From an uncultured Chloroflexia bacterium (GTDB taxonomy: Bacteria; Chloroflexota; Anaerolineae; Anaerolineales; Anaerolineaceae): 32,000 bases of DNA. A program made the translations under genes and the position numbers. Positions within the stretch are counted from its first letter, which is position 1. Each line of letters opens with the position of its first letter. Shown here in pieces: positions 1 to 8,510 of the stretch. The notes beneath the pieces are model-generated. The model was not told the origin of the DNA and did not search any database. It saw nothing but the letters and a program-made list of their open reading frames with translations. The stretch is from contig OY969938.1 of NCBI GenBank assembly GCA_963704755.1, positions 1,230,001 to 1,262,000 on the forward strand, in the 5' to 3' direction.

Positions 1-311
1 AGCGCAATCTGCGTTCAGCCGTGGAGGCCACAGTGCGTTCGCTCAAACATCCCTTCCCGGGGAGCAAACTGCCTGTGCGCGGTCGGTTTCGCACGGCTTG
101 CCTGATTATAGCCTCGGCTGCTATGACCAATCTCCGCCGGATCCATCGTTACCGCCTGGAATTGATGCAAGAGGAAGCCAAAAAAACGCAAGAAAACCTG
201 ATTAAAACCGCTCAACCAACCTGTCAGGATTCTTTTTTGCTTCCCCATTGGCTTCTTGCCTTATTCCGTTGGCTCCCTGTCCAGCCTGCTTTTTCAGGCT
301 TGGGCTATTAG
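1..311 (+). CDS. 3' end of a DDE transposase gene (IS5/IS1182/IS4-type C-terminal region), 5' part outside the window
   Basis: Frame 3 is open from nt 3. The translation ...VEATVRSLKHPFPGSKLPVRGRFRTACLIIASAAMTNLRRIHRY... resembles the conserved C-terminal block (..RGl.kv....l.aaA.NL.R..) of these transposases, from memory of the family. Stop TAG at 309-311. Composition drops to AT-rich right after it. Confidence 0.4.
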   Translation, partial: RNLRSAVEATVRSLKHPFPGSKLPVRGRFRTACLIIASAAMTNLRRIHRYRLELMQEEAKKTQENLIKTAQPTCQDSFLLPHWLLALFRWLPVQPAFSGLGY

Positions 312-443
312 TACTCCATTTTTTCAGTGGACTCATTTATAACAATCGATTTAAACCTGAAGCGACCGTAGAATCGAATAAAGTCATAGGTTTGAAAAAC
401 GGGTTCAATATTGATTCAACAAGTTTTGCGTGATTCAAAGGAA

Positions 444-3245
444 TTAATTTTGCTCACAGGAATAGCGAAAGACTAAATCGCCTGATTGGAGTTGATTGTT
501 AATCTGCATTATTCCATCTGGATATTTATCATCTTTACTATAATACAACACAAAGGCATTATTTTGAGTGCCCTGAGGAGCAGAAATAACTATTTTTAGA
601 GATTGATCAATCGATACCTCTAACGGTGGTATCTTAAAATAATGTAGCTGATTATCTGCCATATTCAAAGTAGATAATTGAGTAGTATCTAGTGTTTTTC
701 CAAATTGATCCAGGATTTGAATTGTAATCGGAGGTGTATCCTTACGGCCAAAAGTACCGAAGAAGAGACCTATCTGATCAATGTCTCCTTGGCACTCTGA
801 GAGAAAGCTTTGGCTAACCTTGTCACCAGCGACAATATTCGCAGTCACTGTCTGGGGGGGAATACCGGACAAGGGATATCCACAAGCATATGGCCAATTG
901 GCTTGATTGTCAGCCTGAATAAATTCAATACGTTTGAATTGCAAAGAATAAGTTTCTGGTCCATCGTTGGATATCCGAATTTCGATACCAGTAACATGAA
1001 TACCTGGGGACAAGTTTAGGAGTCGCAGTGGGTAAGTATAAGTATGTTCTTCACCATCTGCCAACAGTGGAAGATTAAATCCGGTTACCTGTCCATTGTC
1101 GAGTGTAAAAATAATAAACAGAGATCTGGGGCTCAACTCAGGTTCAACTGCAAGAGAAATAAGAAAATCCGAATATGCGGGTAAGCATGCGCTGTTGGAT
1201 AAATTTAACTTAAAAGCAGGGTTAGAACCAATAGTCCATTCCGACGGATCAGCTTTTGACTGAGTGGCATTCGTGCCGGAAAGAACATAAGGATTTGTGA
1301 AAAGATTTACTGATTCCGAATCCTGGACAGCAGAAGCACTTTCTGCCAGATCTGTGTTATCAGGAGCAATTACCAACGATTCTGATTGAATGGGCGTTGG
1401 ATTAACATGCAAATCAATGTGTGGAAATTGGAACATCGCCCAAGCACCCGCACCATTTTCATCACCTTTGGTCTCGAAATCAATTATGATTTGTTGGCCA
1501 GCATAGGCAGATAATGGGATATTTACCGGGGTCCATGTATGCGAGTCGGGTTGCAGCGTTTTTTCGAATACAACCTGCTGATTGTCACTTGAGGTCAGTC
1601 GGATGGTAAAAGTAACTTTATTTTCTGTGGCTGAGGAAACACCCGCTTGATAATTAATCCCGACAGCAGTTTTTAGATCCGCTGAAATTAGCTGCTCTGG
1701 AATCTCAACCGTCCAACTGACCGTATGTGGTGCCGGGATCAAAACATCCAAGTGTTTATAATCCGACCATTGGGACATTGCTCCATCCAAACCAGTCCAC
1801 CAGGTAATATCAGTAGGCAGAGCATCTGTTTTTACCCGATCTTCAAAAACATACTCGCCCTGAAGAGTTTTTTCCTGGTAAGGACCAAATACAGAAAGGT
1901 CGTACTGCTCTAGAGGAGATGCCAGACTTGTGAGAAAACCGTTGTTACCGACCCCCCATTGGAAAACACTGCCTTCGCAATAGGTTGGCGCTGTCTGGTA
2001 ATATTGCAGACAAGCAGCCGAGGCTGGACTACGCGAAAGAAGGTGAAAAATCTTATCCTCGTAAGAGAGATTAGTATTTATCCAAAAAACCGTTATTGAC
2101 AAGAAATATATAATTACGGTTCCATATTTTAGAATCAGAAAAATCTTTTTATCGGCAGTTTGGAGAAATGCGATTGAAAAAACCAGTCCGGATAATCCTA
2201 TCCAGAACGGTGCTCCATCAACTATATACCAGGATGCAATAGAAGTTCGAACAATACTTATCTGCCAAATAGAGCCTAGTCCAAAAAGAGCCAAGCAAAG
2301 TTGAGGAAAGTAGTCGATGATAAATCGAAACCGGAACAATTTAAATAAAAGAATAATACATACGATAAACAGAGTTAAGCCAGCTAAACCAGTTAAAGTT
2401 TGATGAGATTTAAACAGTTGGACAACCTCGTTTGGAGTTAGTCCAATTCCATTGGAAAAAAACATCCCTAATAGATGAATAACAAATTTATAGTTAAAGA
2501 AATTAAAAGGAAGCGCTTCTGCCTTTCCACCTGTCTGAATATATTGGAAATATTCTAAATAGGGAACACAAACGGCGCAAAAACCTATGAACCAAATTCC
2601 CACAAATAGTTTCTTTCGAAAATGAAGCAACAAAGCAAGAAAAGCCAAAGGAATCACGATCAATCCAGCGCCATAAGACCAAGCAGCGATGATCATACCA
2701 ATTATTAAAAGAGCTAACCCTTTGTATGAACCCGGAAAAAATTTATAACCTACCAGGCAGATTGTCAGGCCAAATAAGGTTGTCGCTGGATAGATTGATG
2801 CCTGACCAAAAGTGAATGAAGCTATTTGTGTAAAAGAAAACCCTATCCCGGAAAGAATAACCAACAACCAAATTTTATTTTTAGAAAAAGAAATTCCCGC
2901 AAATAAAAAATAAATTATCAAGACCGAGATTGACGTAATGATGATAGAAAACATCATCTCGGCATATACATTCCACGAAAAGAACTTGGCAATGAAGGTC
3001 ATCACCATAAATGTTAGGGGTTCGCATTGATCTCTGAAACAGGCATTGCCCAAATTGCTTAGATGAAATCCATTATTGAGATAATTAATAACTACCGGTG
3101 TAAATGCCCGATAGTCATTGGATAGATTATTCATTCCAGTGGTTAAAATAATTTTTATCAATCTGATTACAGGGATCAGACTAATCAAAACTAACAAAAT
3201 TGGTAAGATAATGTTAATGGACTTTCTTGTGATTCCACGATGCAT
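444..3245 (-). CDS. Polytopic membrane glycosyltransferase-like protein: GT-C / ArnT-PMT-YfhO-like N-terminal ~430 aa, fused to a ~500-aa hydrophilic beta-rich extracytoplasmic region
   Basis: 933-aa ORF. The N-terminal part is a run of hydrophobic helices (INIILPILLVLISLIPV, MFSIIITSISVLIIYFLFAGI, LALLIIGMIIAAWSYGAGLIVIPLAFLALLL, LAGLTLFIVCIILLF, etc.). The C-terminal half has no TM segments. The start ATG overlaps the stop of the upstream GT2 (TAATG at 3243-3247). Family assignment rests on architecture and gene context only. Confidence 0.55.
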   Translation of the reverse strand: MHRGITRKSINIILPILLVLISLIPVIRLIKIILTTGMNNLSNDYRAFTPVVINYLNNGFHLSNLGNACFRDQCEPLTFMVMTFIAKFFSWNVYAEMMFSIIITSISVLIIYFLFAGISFSKNKIWLLVILSGIGFSFTQIASFTFGQASIYPATTLFGLTICLVGYKFFPGSYKGLALLIIGMIIAAWSYGAGLIVIPLAFLALLLHFRKKLFVGIWFIGFCAVCVPYLEYFQYIQTGGKAEALPFNFFNYKFVIHLLGMFFSNGIGLTPNEVVQLFKSHQTLTGLAGLTLFIVCIILLFKLFRFRFIIDYFPQLCLALFGLGSIWQISIVRTSIASWYIVDGAPFWIGLSGLVFSIAFLQTADKKIFLILKYGTVIIYFLSITVFWINTNLSYEDKIFHLLSRSPASAACLQYYQTAPTYCEGSVFQWGVGNNGFLTSLASPLEQYDLSVFGPYQEKTLQGEYVFEDRVKTDALPTDITWWTGLDGAMSQWSDYKHLDVLIPAPHTVSWTVEIPEQLISADLKTAVGINYQAGVSSATENKVTFTIRLTSSDNQQVVFEKTLQPDSHTWTPVNIPLSAYAGQQIIIDFETKGDENGAGAWAMFQFPHIDLHVNPTPIQSESLVIAPDNTDLAESASAVQDSESVNLFTNPYVLSGTNATQSKADPSEWTIGSNPAFKLNLSNSACLPAYSDFLISLAVEPELSPRSLFIIFTLDNGQVTGFNLPLLADGEEHTYTYPLRLLNLSPGIHVTGIEIRISNDGPETYSLQFKRIEFIQADNQANWPYACGYPLSGIPPQTVTANIVAGDKVSQSFLSECQGDIDQIGLFFGTFGRKDTPPITIQILDQFGKTLDTTQLSTLNMADNQLHYFKIPPLEVSIDQSLKIVISAPQGTQNNAFVLYYSKDDKYPDGIMQINNQLQSGDLVFRYSCEQN

Positions 3246-4003
3246 TAGGAAACCTTATCCCAAAACAATCGAATCTGCACGACCATAATCAAATACTTCC
3301 ATCCCCGCTTCAGATACTGAGAGAGCGTTGTCCCCGTTTTTGATTCGCCACTTCGTCGTGGCTGTGCTGTGTATGGAAGTTCACATACTCGAAAGCCCAA
3401 CCGGATCGCTCGATAAATAAAACCGATGAAGTATTCTCCATAATCACCGTTCAAGGTTATTCTGTCGAAGACCTGGCGACGGACAGCCACAAAACCGCTG
3501 GTATAGTCCGAAAATGAAGGCTTTAAAAGGAATCGGATTCCCCAGTTCAACATCCGACTGAGAATTAGTTGAATTGGTCCGCCCTTACCAATTCTGTCCT
3601 CACCACCGCCAACCACATATCGGGAATTAACAACGATATCGAAGCCCTGATCGATCATGTAAAGTAGCTGAGGAATTTTTTCCGGTGGATGTGAGAAATC
3701 ACAGTCCATCCAGACCACTGTATCGAACCTGGCCACGGAAATACCCTCACAGATTGAAGCCGTTAAACCATGATCCTTTTCCCGCCTAATCACACGCAAT
3801 ATGTCAGAATTTGCATTCGGGGTCTGAGCGGCAATTTTCCAGGTGCCATCGGGAGAATCATCATCCACCACAATAATTTCGAAATCATATTTTCCATTAT
3901 TGTTGAGAGCATTTATCACGGATTGGATAAGCGCTTGGATGTTCCCGGCTTCGTTGAGGGTGGGCATAATGACTGAAACACCTGGTTGCCATGTATTCTT
4001 CAT
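3245..4003 (-). CDS. GT2 polyprenyl-phosphate glycosyltransferase (DPM1/Ppm1/ArnC-like catalytic domain, no obvious TM anchor)
   Basis: 252 aa with GT2 hallmarks in DPM1-like order: VSVIMPTLNEAGNI, IIVVDDDSPDGT, WMDCDFSHPPEKIP (DxD), NSRYVVGGG, DYTSGF, RRSGESK. ATGA overlap with the upstream GNAT stop (4000-4003). Confidence 0.8.
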   Translation of the reverse strand: MKNTWQPGVSVIMPTLNEAGNIQALIQSVINALNNNGKYDFEIIVVDDDSPDGTWKIAAQTPNANSDILRVIRREKDHGLTASICEGISVARFDTVVWMDCDFSHPPEKIPQLLYMIDQGFDIVVNSRYVVGGGEDRIGKGGPIQLILSRMLNWGIRFLLKPSFSDYTSGFVAVRRQVFDRITLNGDYGEYFIGFIYRAIRLGFRVCELPYTAQPRRSGESKTGTTLSQYLKRGWKYLIMVVQIRLFWDKVS

Positions 4004-4614
4004 AAAGTGATCCTTTTTGTTAAAATGACGCTGTCAACCCTAGATTCCATTTCTCTGAAGCCTAGCGCTTTATAAAACTGGCGTGCCTGATCGTTTTCGA
4101 TCAAAGTGTCCAATCGATAATAATTAACCTTATTTTGAATAAAGTAATTCTCCAGCGCAAATACAAGATGCTTTCCGACACCTTGCCTCTGGCACAATTT
4201 CGAGACGGCAATTGTGGTCAAAATTGCATTGACTGGTTCATCCTCAACGGCTATTGGCCGGGCAATTATATCGCCATTTTTTAATACACTTAATAAGTAA
4301 GGCCGTTTACAAATTCCGAAGGCGATCCTTAAGGCCGCTTTCGCGGTCAGAGATTGCCGGAGTAGCGCCTTAGTCTGGTCGAGATGGACGGTGCCGCTTA
4401 CAACACCAACGGGATGGTTCTCGAAATATGCAACCCCGACGTAACAACCCTCCCCTCGAGCCATCAAGGAATAAATAAACCGCAAATGCTCTTTGCCAAT
4501 TAAGCTGTTGAATGTATATTCCAAGACATCTTGATGAATACGAATCACCTCATCTGCATTTGTTTCATCAAATGGTCGGATACTAATTAACTGGTCTAGA
4601 GGGTTGATCTCCAT
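4000..4614 (-). CDS. GNAT-family N-acetyltransferase (candidate amino-sugar N-acetyltransferase by context)
   Basis: 204 aa. GNAT motif A QRQGVGKHLV, followed by ...ARQFYKALGF. TAATG-type 1-nt overlap with the aminotransferase stop at 4614. Confidence 0.75.
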   Translation of the reverse strand: MEINPLDQLISIRPFDETNADEVIRIHQDVLEYTFNSLIGKEHLRFIYSLMARGEGCYVGVAYFENHPVGVVSGTVHLDQTKALLRQSLTAKAALRIAFGICKRPYLLSVLKNGDIIARPIAVEDEPVNAILTTIAVSKLCQRQGVGKHLVFALENYFIQNKVNYYRLDTLIENDQARQFYKALGFREMESRVDSVILTKRITL

Positions 4615-5744
4615 TAACTGCGGTCTCGGGCAATCAGAGAGCTTTTAACCGCTTCGACCACAGTTAATTGTTGATCTTCGGTGAGTGCTAGTCCGCTAGG
4701 GATATAGAAACCCCTGCGAGAAAGTTTTTCTGTTACAGGATAGCTATCATGCTGAAACATGCCAGCCTTGCGGAAAACAGGCTGCTCATGCATGCCCCAG
4801 AAAAACGGTCGTGCACCAACCCCACGTTCTGACAAGCGCGAAATCATTTCATCAGCGTCAAAGGGGATTGAATCATCTAAGACGATGCCGTATACCCAGT
4901 ATATATTCTGGGCATAATCAGTTTCAGTGATTGGGATTTGTAAACCTTCCACCGAAGATAATTGCCGGGTATAAAATTTACCTATCTTGCGCTTACGAAT
5001 GATAAAATCGTCCATCCGTTCCAACTGGGCTACCCCTAACGCTGCTTGCATATTAGTCATGCGAAAATTAAAGCCCAATTCTTCATGTATGTAACGACGC
5101 TTTTGGAAGCAAAGATTACGCAATGAGCGGCAGTATTGCGCTAACTCAGGATCATCCGTTACAACCATCCCCCCTTCGCCAGTCGTAACATGTTTATTCG
5201 GATAAAAACTAAAGCCACTTACGCTGCCAAAACTGCCACAAGGCTTACCGCGATAGGTTTGACCGTGCATCTCAGCAGCGTCTTCAATAATAAGTAGGTT
5301 ATAACGATCAGCAATTTCGTTTATGGCATCCATATCTGTCGGCAATCCATAGATGTGAACAACCATAATCGCTTTTGTCTTATTGGTAATTTTCTCTTCG
5401 ACCAAAGCCGGGGCCATATTCCACGTATTTGGATCAGCGTCCACCAAAACAGGGATCAGACCGGCACGAATGATTGCCGCTGCACAAGAAATAATTGTAA
5501 ACGAAGGGAGTATTACTTCACTGCCCGGCTCGATTCGAAGAGACTTAACAGCGATTTCCAAAGCTACGGTGCCGTTTGAGACAGCAATGCCAAACCGTCG
5601 GCCAACCTTTTGACAAAAGTTATCTTCAAATTTCTTGATAAACGGCCCTTCAGAAGAAATCCAACCTGTATCAATACATTCCATTAAATATTTTTTTTCA
5701 TTGCCAGATAAATCGGGTTCATTAACCGGTATGAATTTTTGCAT
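4614..5744 (-). CDS. DegT/DnrJ/EryC1/StrS-family PLP-dependent sugar aminotransferase
   Basis: Family-typical N-terminus MQKFIPVNEPDLSGNE and TGWISSEGPFIKKFE. PLP-lysine region SFYPNKHVTTGEGGMVVT. The ORF is open to 5756 (TTG), but ATG at 5744 is preceded by GGAGGG, so it is preferred. Confidence 0.9.
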   Translation of the reverse strand: MQKFIPVNEPDLSGNEKKYLMECIDTGWISSEGPFIKKFEDNFCQKVGRRFGIAVSNGTVALEIAVKSLRIEPGSEVILPSFTIISCAAAIIRAGLIPVLVDADPNTWNMAPALVEEKITNKTKAIMVVHIYGLPTDMDAINEIADRYNLLIIEDAAEMHGQTYRGKPCGSFGSVSGFSFYPNKHVTTGEGGMVVTDDPELAQYCRSLRNLCFQKRRYIHEELGFNFRMTNMQAALGVAQLERMDDFIIRKRKIGKFYTRQLSSVEGLQIPITETDYAQNIYWVYGIVLDDSIPFDADEMISRLSERGVGARPFFWGMHEQPVFRKAGMFQHDSYPVTEKLSRRGFYIPSGLALTEDQQLTVVEAVKSSLIARDRS

Positions 5745-5758
5745 ATAACCCTCCAATG

Positions 5759-6193
5759 TTAATCGTATACAATTTTGTCCTTTGAAATTGGATCAAATTT
5801 AACCTTATCATTCTCTTCACCGCCATAAGGTCCTTGCTTGATCTCGATCATCTCTACTTCTTCTAAAACCTCGAATCCATGTCCCCCAAAAGCAAGCAGA
5901 ATGATATCACCGGCTTCAAGTATTCGGCTCTTAATATAACCCTTCTCGTTATCATAAAAATCCACCCGGAGGCTCCCTCGTTTGATCACTAATACCTCTT
6001 GCGTATATTCTACACTCCGGAGCGAAAGCAAGTGGGTATGGGGTTTAATAATTTTGCCTGTATGGTGATGCATATACGCTAACTGTTGCGAATAATCTGG
6101 GGGGGTCAGAAACTTCAGGCCTTCTTCGTTATGATCTTTTGAAATAATGATAGCCAAAGTGTCGTGGTCAGAGGTAACGTACTCGATTGTCAT
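5759..6193 (-). CDS. Cupin-fold protein, FdtA/QdtA/WxcM-like sugar ketoisomerase candidate
   Basis: 144 aa. KPHTHLL...TQEVLVIKRGSLRVDFYD...GDIILLAFGGHGFEVLEE resembles the HxH...vLvcl.Gs.rv..dD pattern of dTDP-sugar 3,4-ketoisomerases. AGGAG lies upstream of the ATG. Sits immediately upstream of the aminotransferase. Confidence 0.5.
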   Translation of the reverse strand: MTIEYVTSDHDTLAIIISKDHNEEGLKFLTPPDYSQQLAYMHHHTGKIIKPHTHLLSLRSVEYTQEVLVIKRGSLRVDFYDNEKGYIKSRILEAGDIILLAFGGHGFEVLEEVEMIEIKQGPYGGEENDKVKFDPISKDKIVYD

Positions 6194-6208
6194 TTTAGAT
6201 CTCCTCGT

Positions 6209-6388
6209 TTATTCTGTACCTGAGAAACCCAAAGGTAAATGCGTAAATAATACGTTAGTATTATTAATATACAACAATGAATGGTGAAATTCTTTTGTTA
6301 TTGACCAAATTAATATGCCAATATAAATTGTCGCAATGCCAGGCAACTTAATTTTAATCTTAAAGTAACTATGGAAAATCTCTGTCAT
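6209..6388 (-). CDS. Possible small membrane protein (59 aa), below the ORF-track cutoff
   Basis: Hand translation of the minus strand gives MTEIFHSYFKIKIKLPGIATIYIGILIWSITKEFHHSLLYINNTNVLFTHLPLGFSGTE. It has one hydrophobic segment and fills the only gap in the island operon. No homology recognised. Confidence 0.2.
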   Translation of the reverse strand: MTEIFHSYFKIKIKLPGIATIYIGILIWSITKEFHHSLLYINNTNVLFTHLPLGFSGTE

Positions 6389-6401
6389 AAATACGCCTAG
6401 G

Positions 6402-8510
6402 TTAATTTAATAATTTCCGGAATATATTGATGTTTGATAATTGCATATCCAGTTTGTCTTTGCCTTGAATATTTTCTGGTATCTTTTCCAAAGAAGCAAA
6501 AAATTCTATCGTGTTATATTTAGTATCGTAAAAATCGACAACTTCAAAGTCCAACAGATCTAAACGAGAGAATAACTCTATGAGGTTTAGGAAGGAAATG
6601 GGAGTAAATACATTTACATGTGCATCATGATAGGTCGCTTCATCAAAAGACTGTTTAGATATATTGAAAGCATGTATTAACAGCATTTCGTTAATCTTCA
6701 TTTCGGAAGCAACTTTTTTTTGCCATGCAGATGTTACATCAATTTTTTGGGAAAGGGCAATGTAATCAAAAACTGCTTGAGGAGAAGGTTCTCTATTATG
6801 TCGGAAATATGCCTCGATAATCGCACCAGGAGAACTAAGTTCTCGATAATAGTCAAAAGTAAACCGTTTATCCGGGATAGCAAGCGAAAGGACTCCGCCC
6901 GCTATCAATATTTCGGAAATTTCTTTTAACCACCCTAACATATCGGGAACATGTTCGATGACGTGCGAGGCAATTACGTAATCAAAAAGTTTTCCATCAG
7001 TTAATTCAATTAATTCTTTATTTCCCCAAATATAATCAACGTCTACGATATTTTTAATTTTTACATAAGTATCATTTTTGTAAATTTCTCTCAACACATC
7101 CGCCGGCGCATAGTCGACATATTTTATAAGGCCACCGCTTTCATCTTTTGTCACGACAGGATCTGCGAGAGGACCTATTTCTATTCCCGCATCGGTCAGG
7201 GGGGAAATCTTGCTAAGCAGTTTTTGTTTTCGGTTTTTTTTCTCTGTGGATAGTGAATACCTAAAAGATAATTCTGGAGTAATTTCCGAGACCCAATCTG
7301 AGCGGAGATGAACATTCTCATTGGGATATATATTTGAATCATTTTCATGGATAGAAAATAGGGAATTGTTTAATTTCTCGGCAAAATTTTCATAAGAATA
7401 TTCAACAAGGCTTCGGTCATATGCTACTTGAGCAATTTCCGAATATGTTGGTAAAGAATAAATACAGTTTTGGATTGCTGCAAACCACTCATGTGATTTT
7501 GCTAAATATCCATTAGCTGGAGGATCAATAGCATTAATAAACGTATACGTGGGTGTGGCGATAGATAATGTGCCAACGATGCCAGCTTCAAAATATTTTA
7601 GTTCCGATTTACAATTGGTAAACTCATTATCTTGTAAGGGGACGAGGTTGATTTCAACTTCCCCTATATATCTTTGTAAATTAATAAAGTCTTGCAGTGG
7701 AATCATTTCTATCCTGGATTGATAGTTTTGCAACGGTCCCTTTATATCAATATAACCGACGATCCGTACAACTAACCTGGGATCAGATTCCAGCAAATTA
7801 ACCAGTGAATCAGAAATGATTTCCAAATCTTTATTATGAGATGGCGTGCCGCTAAAATATCCAAGGTGAATTTGGTCATTTCGGGCAAAATTTTTCGCTT
7901 TTTTCTCCTCAAATATCTTCTCTGAATAATTCAACTGCTCACGGTTCAAAAAATTGGGAATAATAGAGACATTTTTCTTTGTAAAGGCTTGGATCTGTGC
8001 TGCAAGATACTGATTCGTCGTTATTGCTTCATCACATAACTTTAATGTCATTCCCAACCGCGCGGTATAAGCAGCCCAAAAATCCCAGACGTTGGGATGG
8101 TTGAGATCCTGATCCAGTGTATCCAACAGCAAATGGATGTAATCTGTATTAAATACGAGATCGTCAACGTCGAAAAAGACTTTTTTCCCTTTGTTCCGTG
8201 CTTTGGTAATTGCGTGGTTTAGCTTATCGTTATACCGCGATCGACAAATAACCAGTACGTCAGAAATATCGATAACTTTATCCAAATCATCGATTTCCCT
8301 TTGGGTAAAATATGCCGCAGACACACCATTTTTTGCAGATTGAAGTGTCTGGATCATGTTATAAACACGGTATCGAAAAGTGCTGTTATCCGGAGTTTCG
8401 TAAAAATAAGCTACCCTTTGCTCACCACGAGACAATGTCTTAATTCTTTCTTCGAATGAAGACACCCAGGGATCGTGATACGGGAAAGGCGGGGTATCAA
8501 TGAGAAACAT
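6402..8510 (-). CDS. Bifunctional glycosyltransferase (N-terminal GT-B-like) / class I SAM-dependent methyltransferase (C-terminal)
   Basis: 702 aa. The N-terminal part has KKVFFDVDDLVFN, HLGYFSGTPSHNKD and NLVPLQDNEFTNCKSELKYFEAG. The C-terminal part has IEIGPL...FDYVIASHVIEHVPDMLGWLKEISEILIAGGVLSLAIPDKRFTFDY. 14-nt overlap with the upstream gene. Confidence 0.7.
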   Translation of the reverse strand: MFLIDTPPFPYHDPWVSSFEERIKTLSRGEQRVAYFYETPDNSTFRYRVYNMIQTLQSAKNGVSAAYFTQREIDDLDKVIDISDVLVICRSRYNDKLNHAITKARNKGKKVFFDVDDLVFNTDYIHLLLDTLDQDLNHPNVWDFWAAYTARLGMTLKLCDEAITTNQYLAAQIQAFTKKNVSIIPNFLNREQLNYSEKIFEEKKAKNFARNDQIHLGYFSGTPSHNKDLEIISDSLVNLLESDPRLVVRIVGYIDIKGPLQNYQSRIEMIPLQDFINLQRYIGEVEINLVPLQDNEFTNCKSELKYFEAGIVGTLSIATPTYTFINAIDPPANGYLAKSHEWFAAIQNCIYSLPTYSEIAQVAYDRSLVEYSYENFAEKLNNSLFSIHENDSNIYPNENVHLRSDWVSEITPELSFRYSLSTEKKNRKQKLLSKISPLTDAGIEIGPLADPVVTKDESGGLIKYVDYAPADVLREIYKNDTYVKIKNIVDVDYIWGNKELIELTDGKLFDYVIASHVIEHVPDMLGWLKEISEILIAGGVLSLAIPDKRFTFDYYRELSSPGAIIEAYFRHNREPSPQAVFDYIALSQKIDVTSAWQKKVASEMKINEMLLIHAFNISKQSFDEATYHDAHVNVFTPISFLNLIELFSRLDLLDFEVVDFYDTKYNTIEFFASLEKIPENIQGKDKLDMQLSNINIFRKLLN

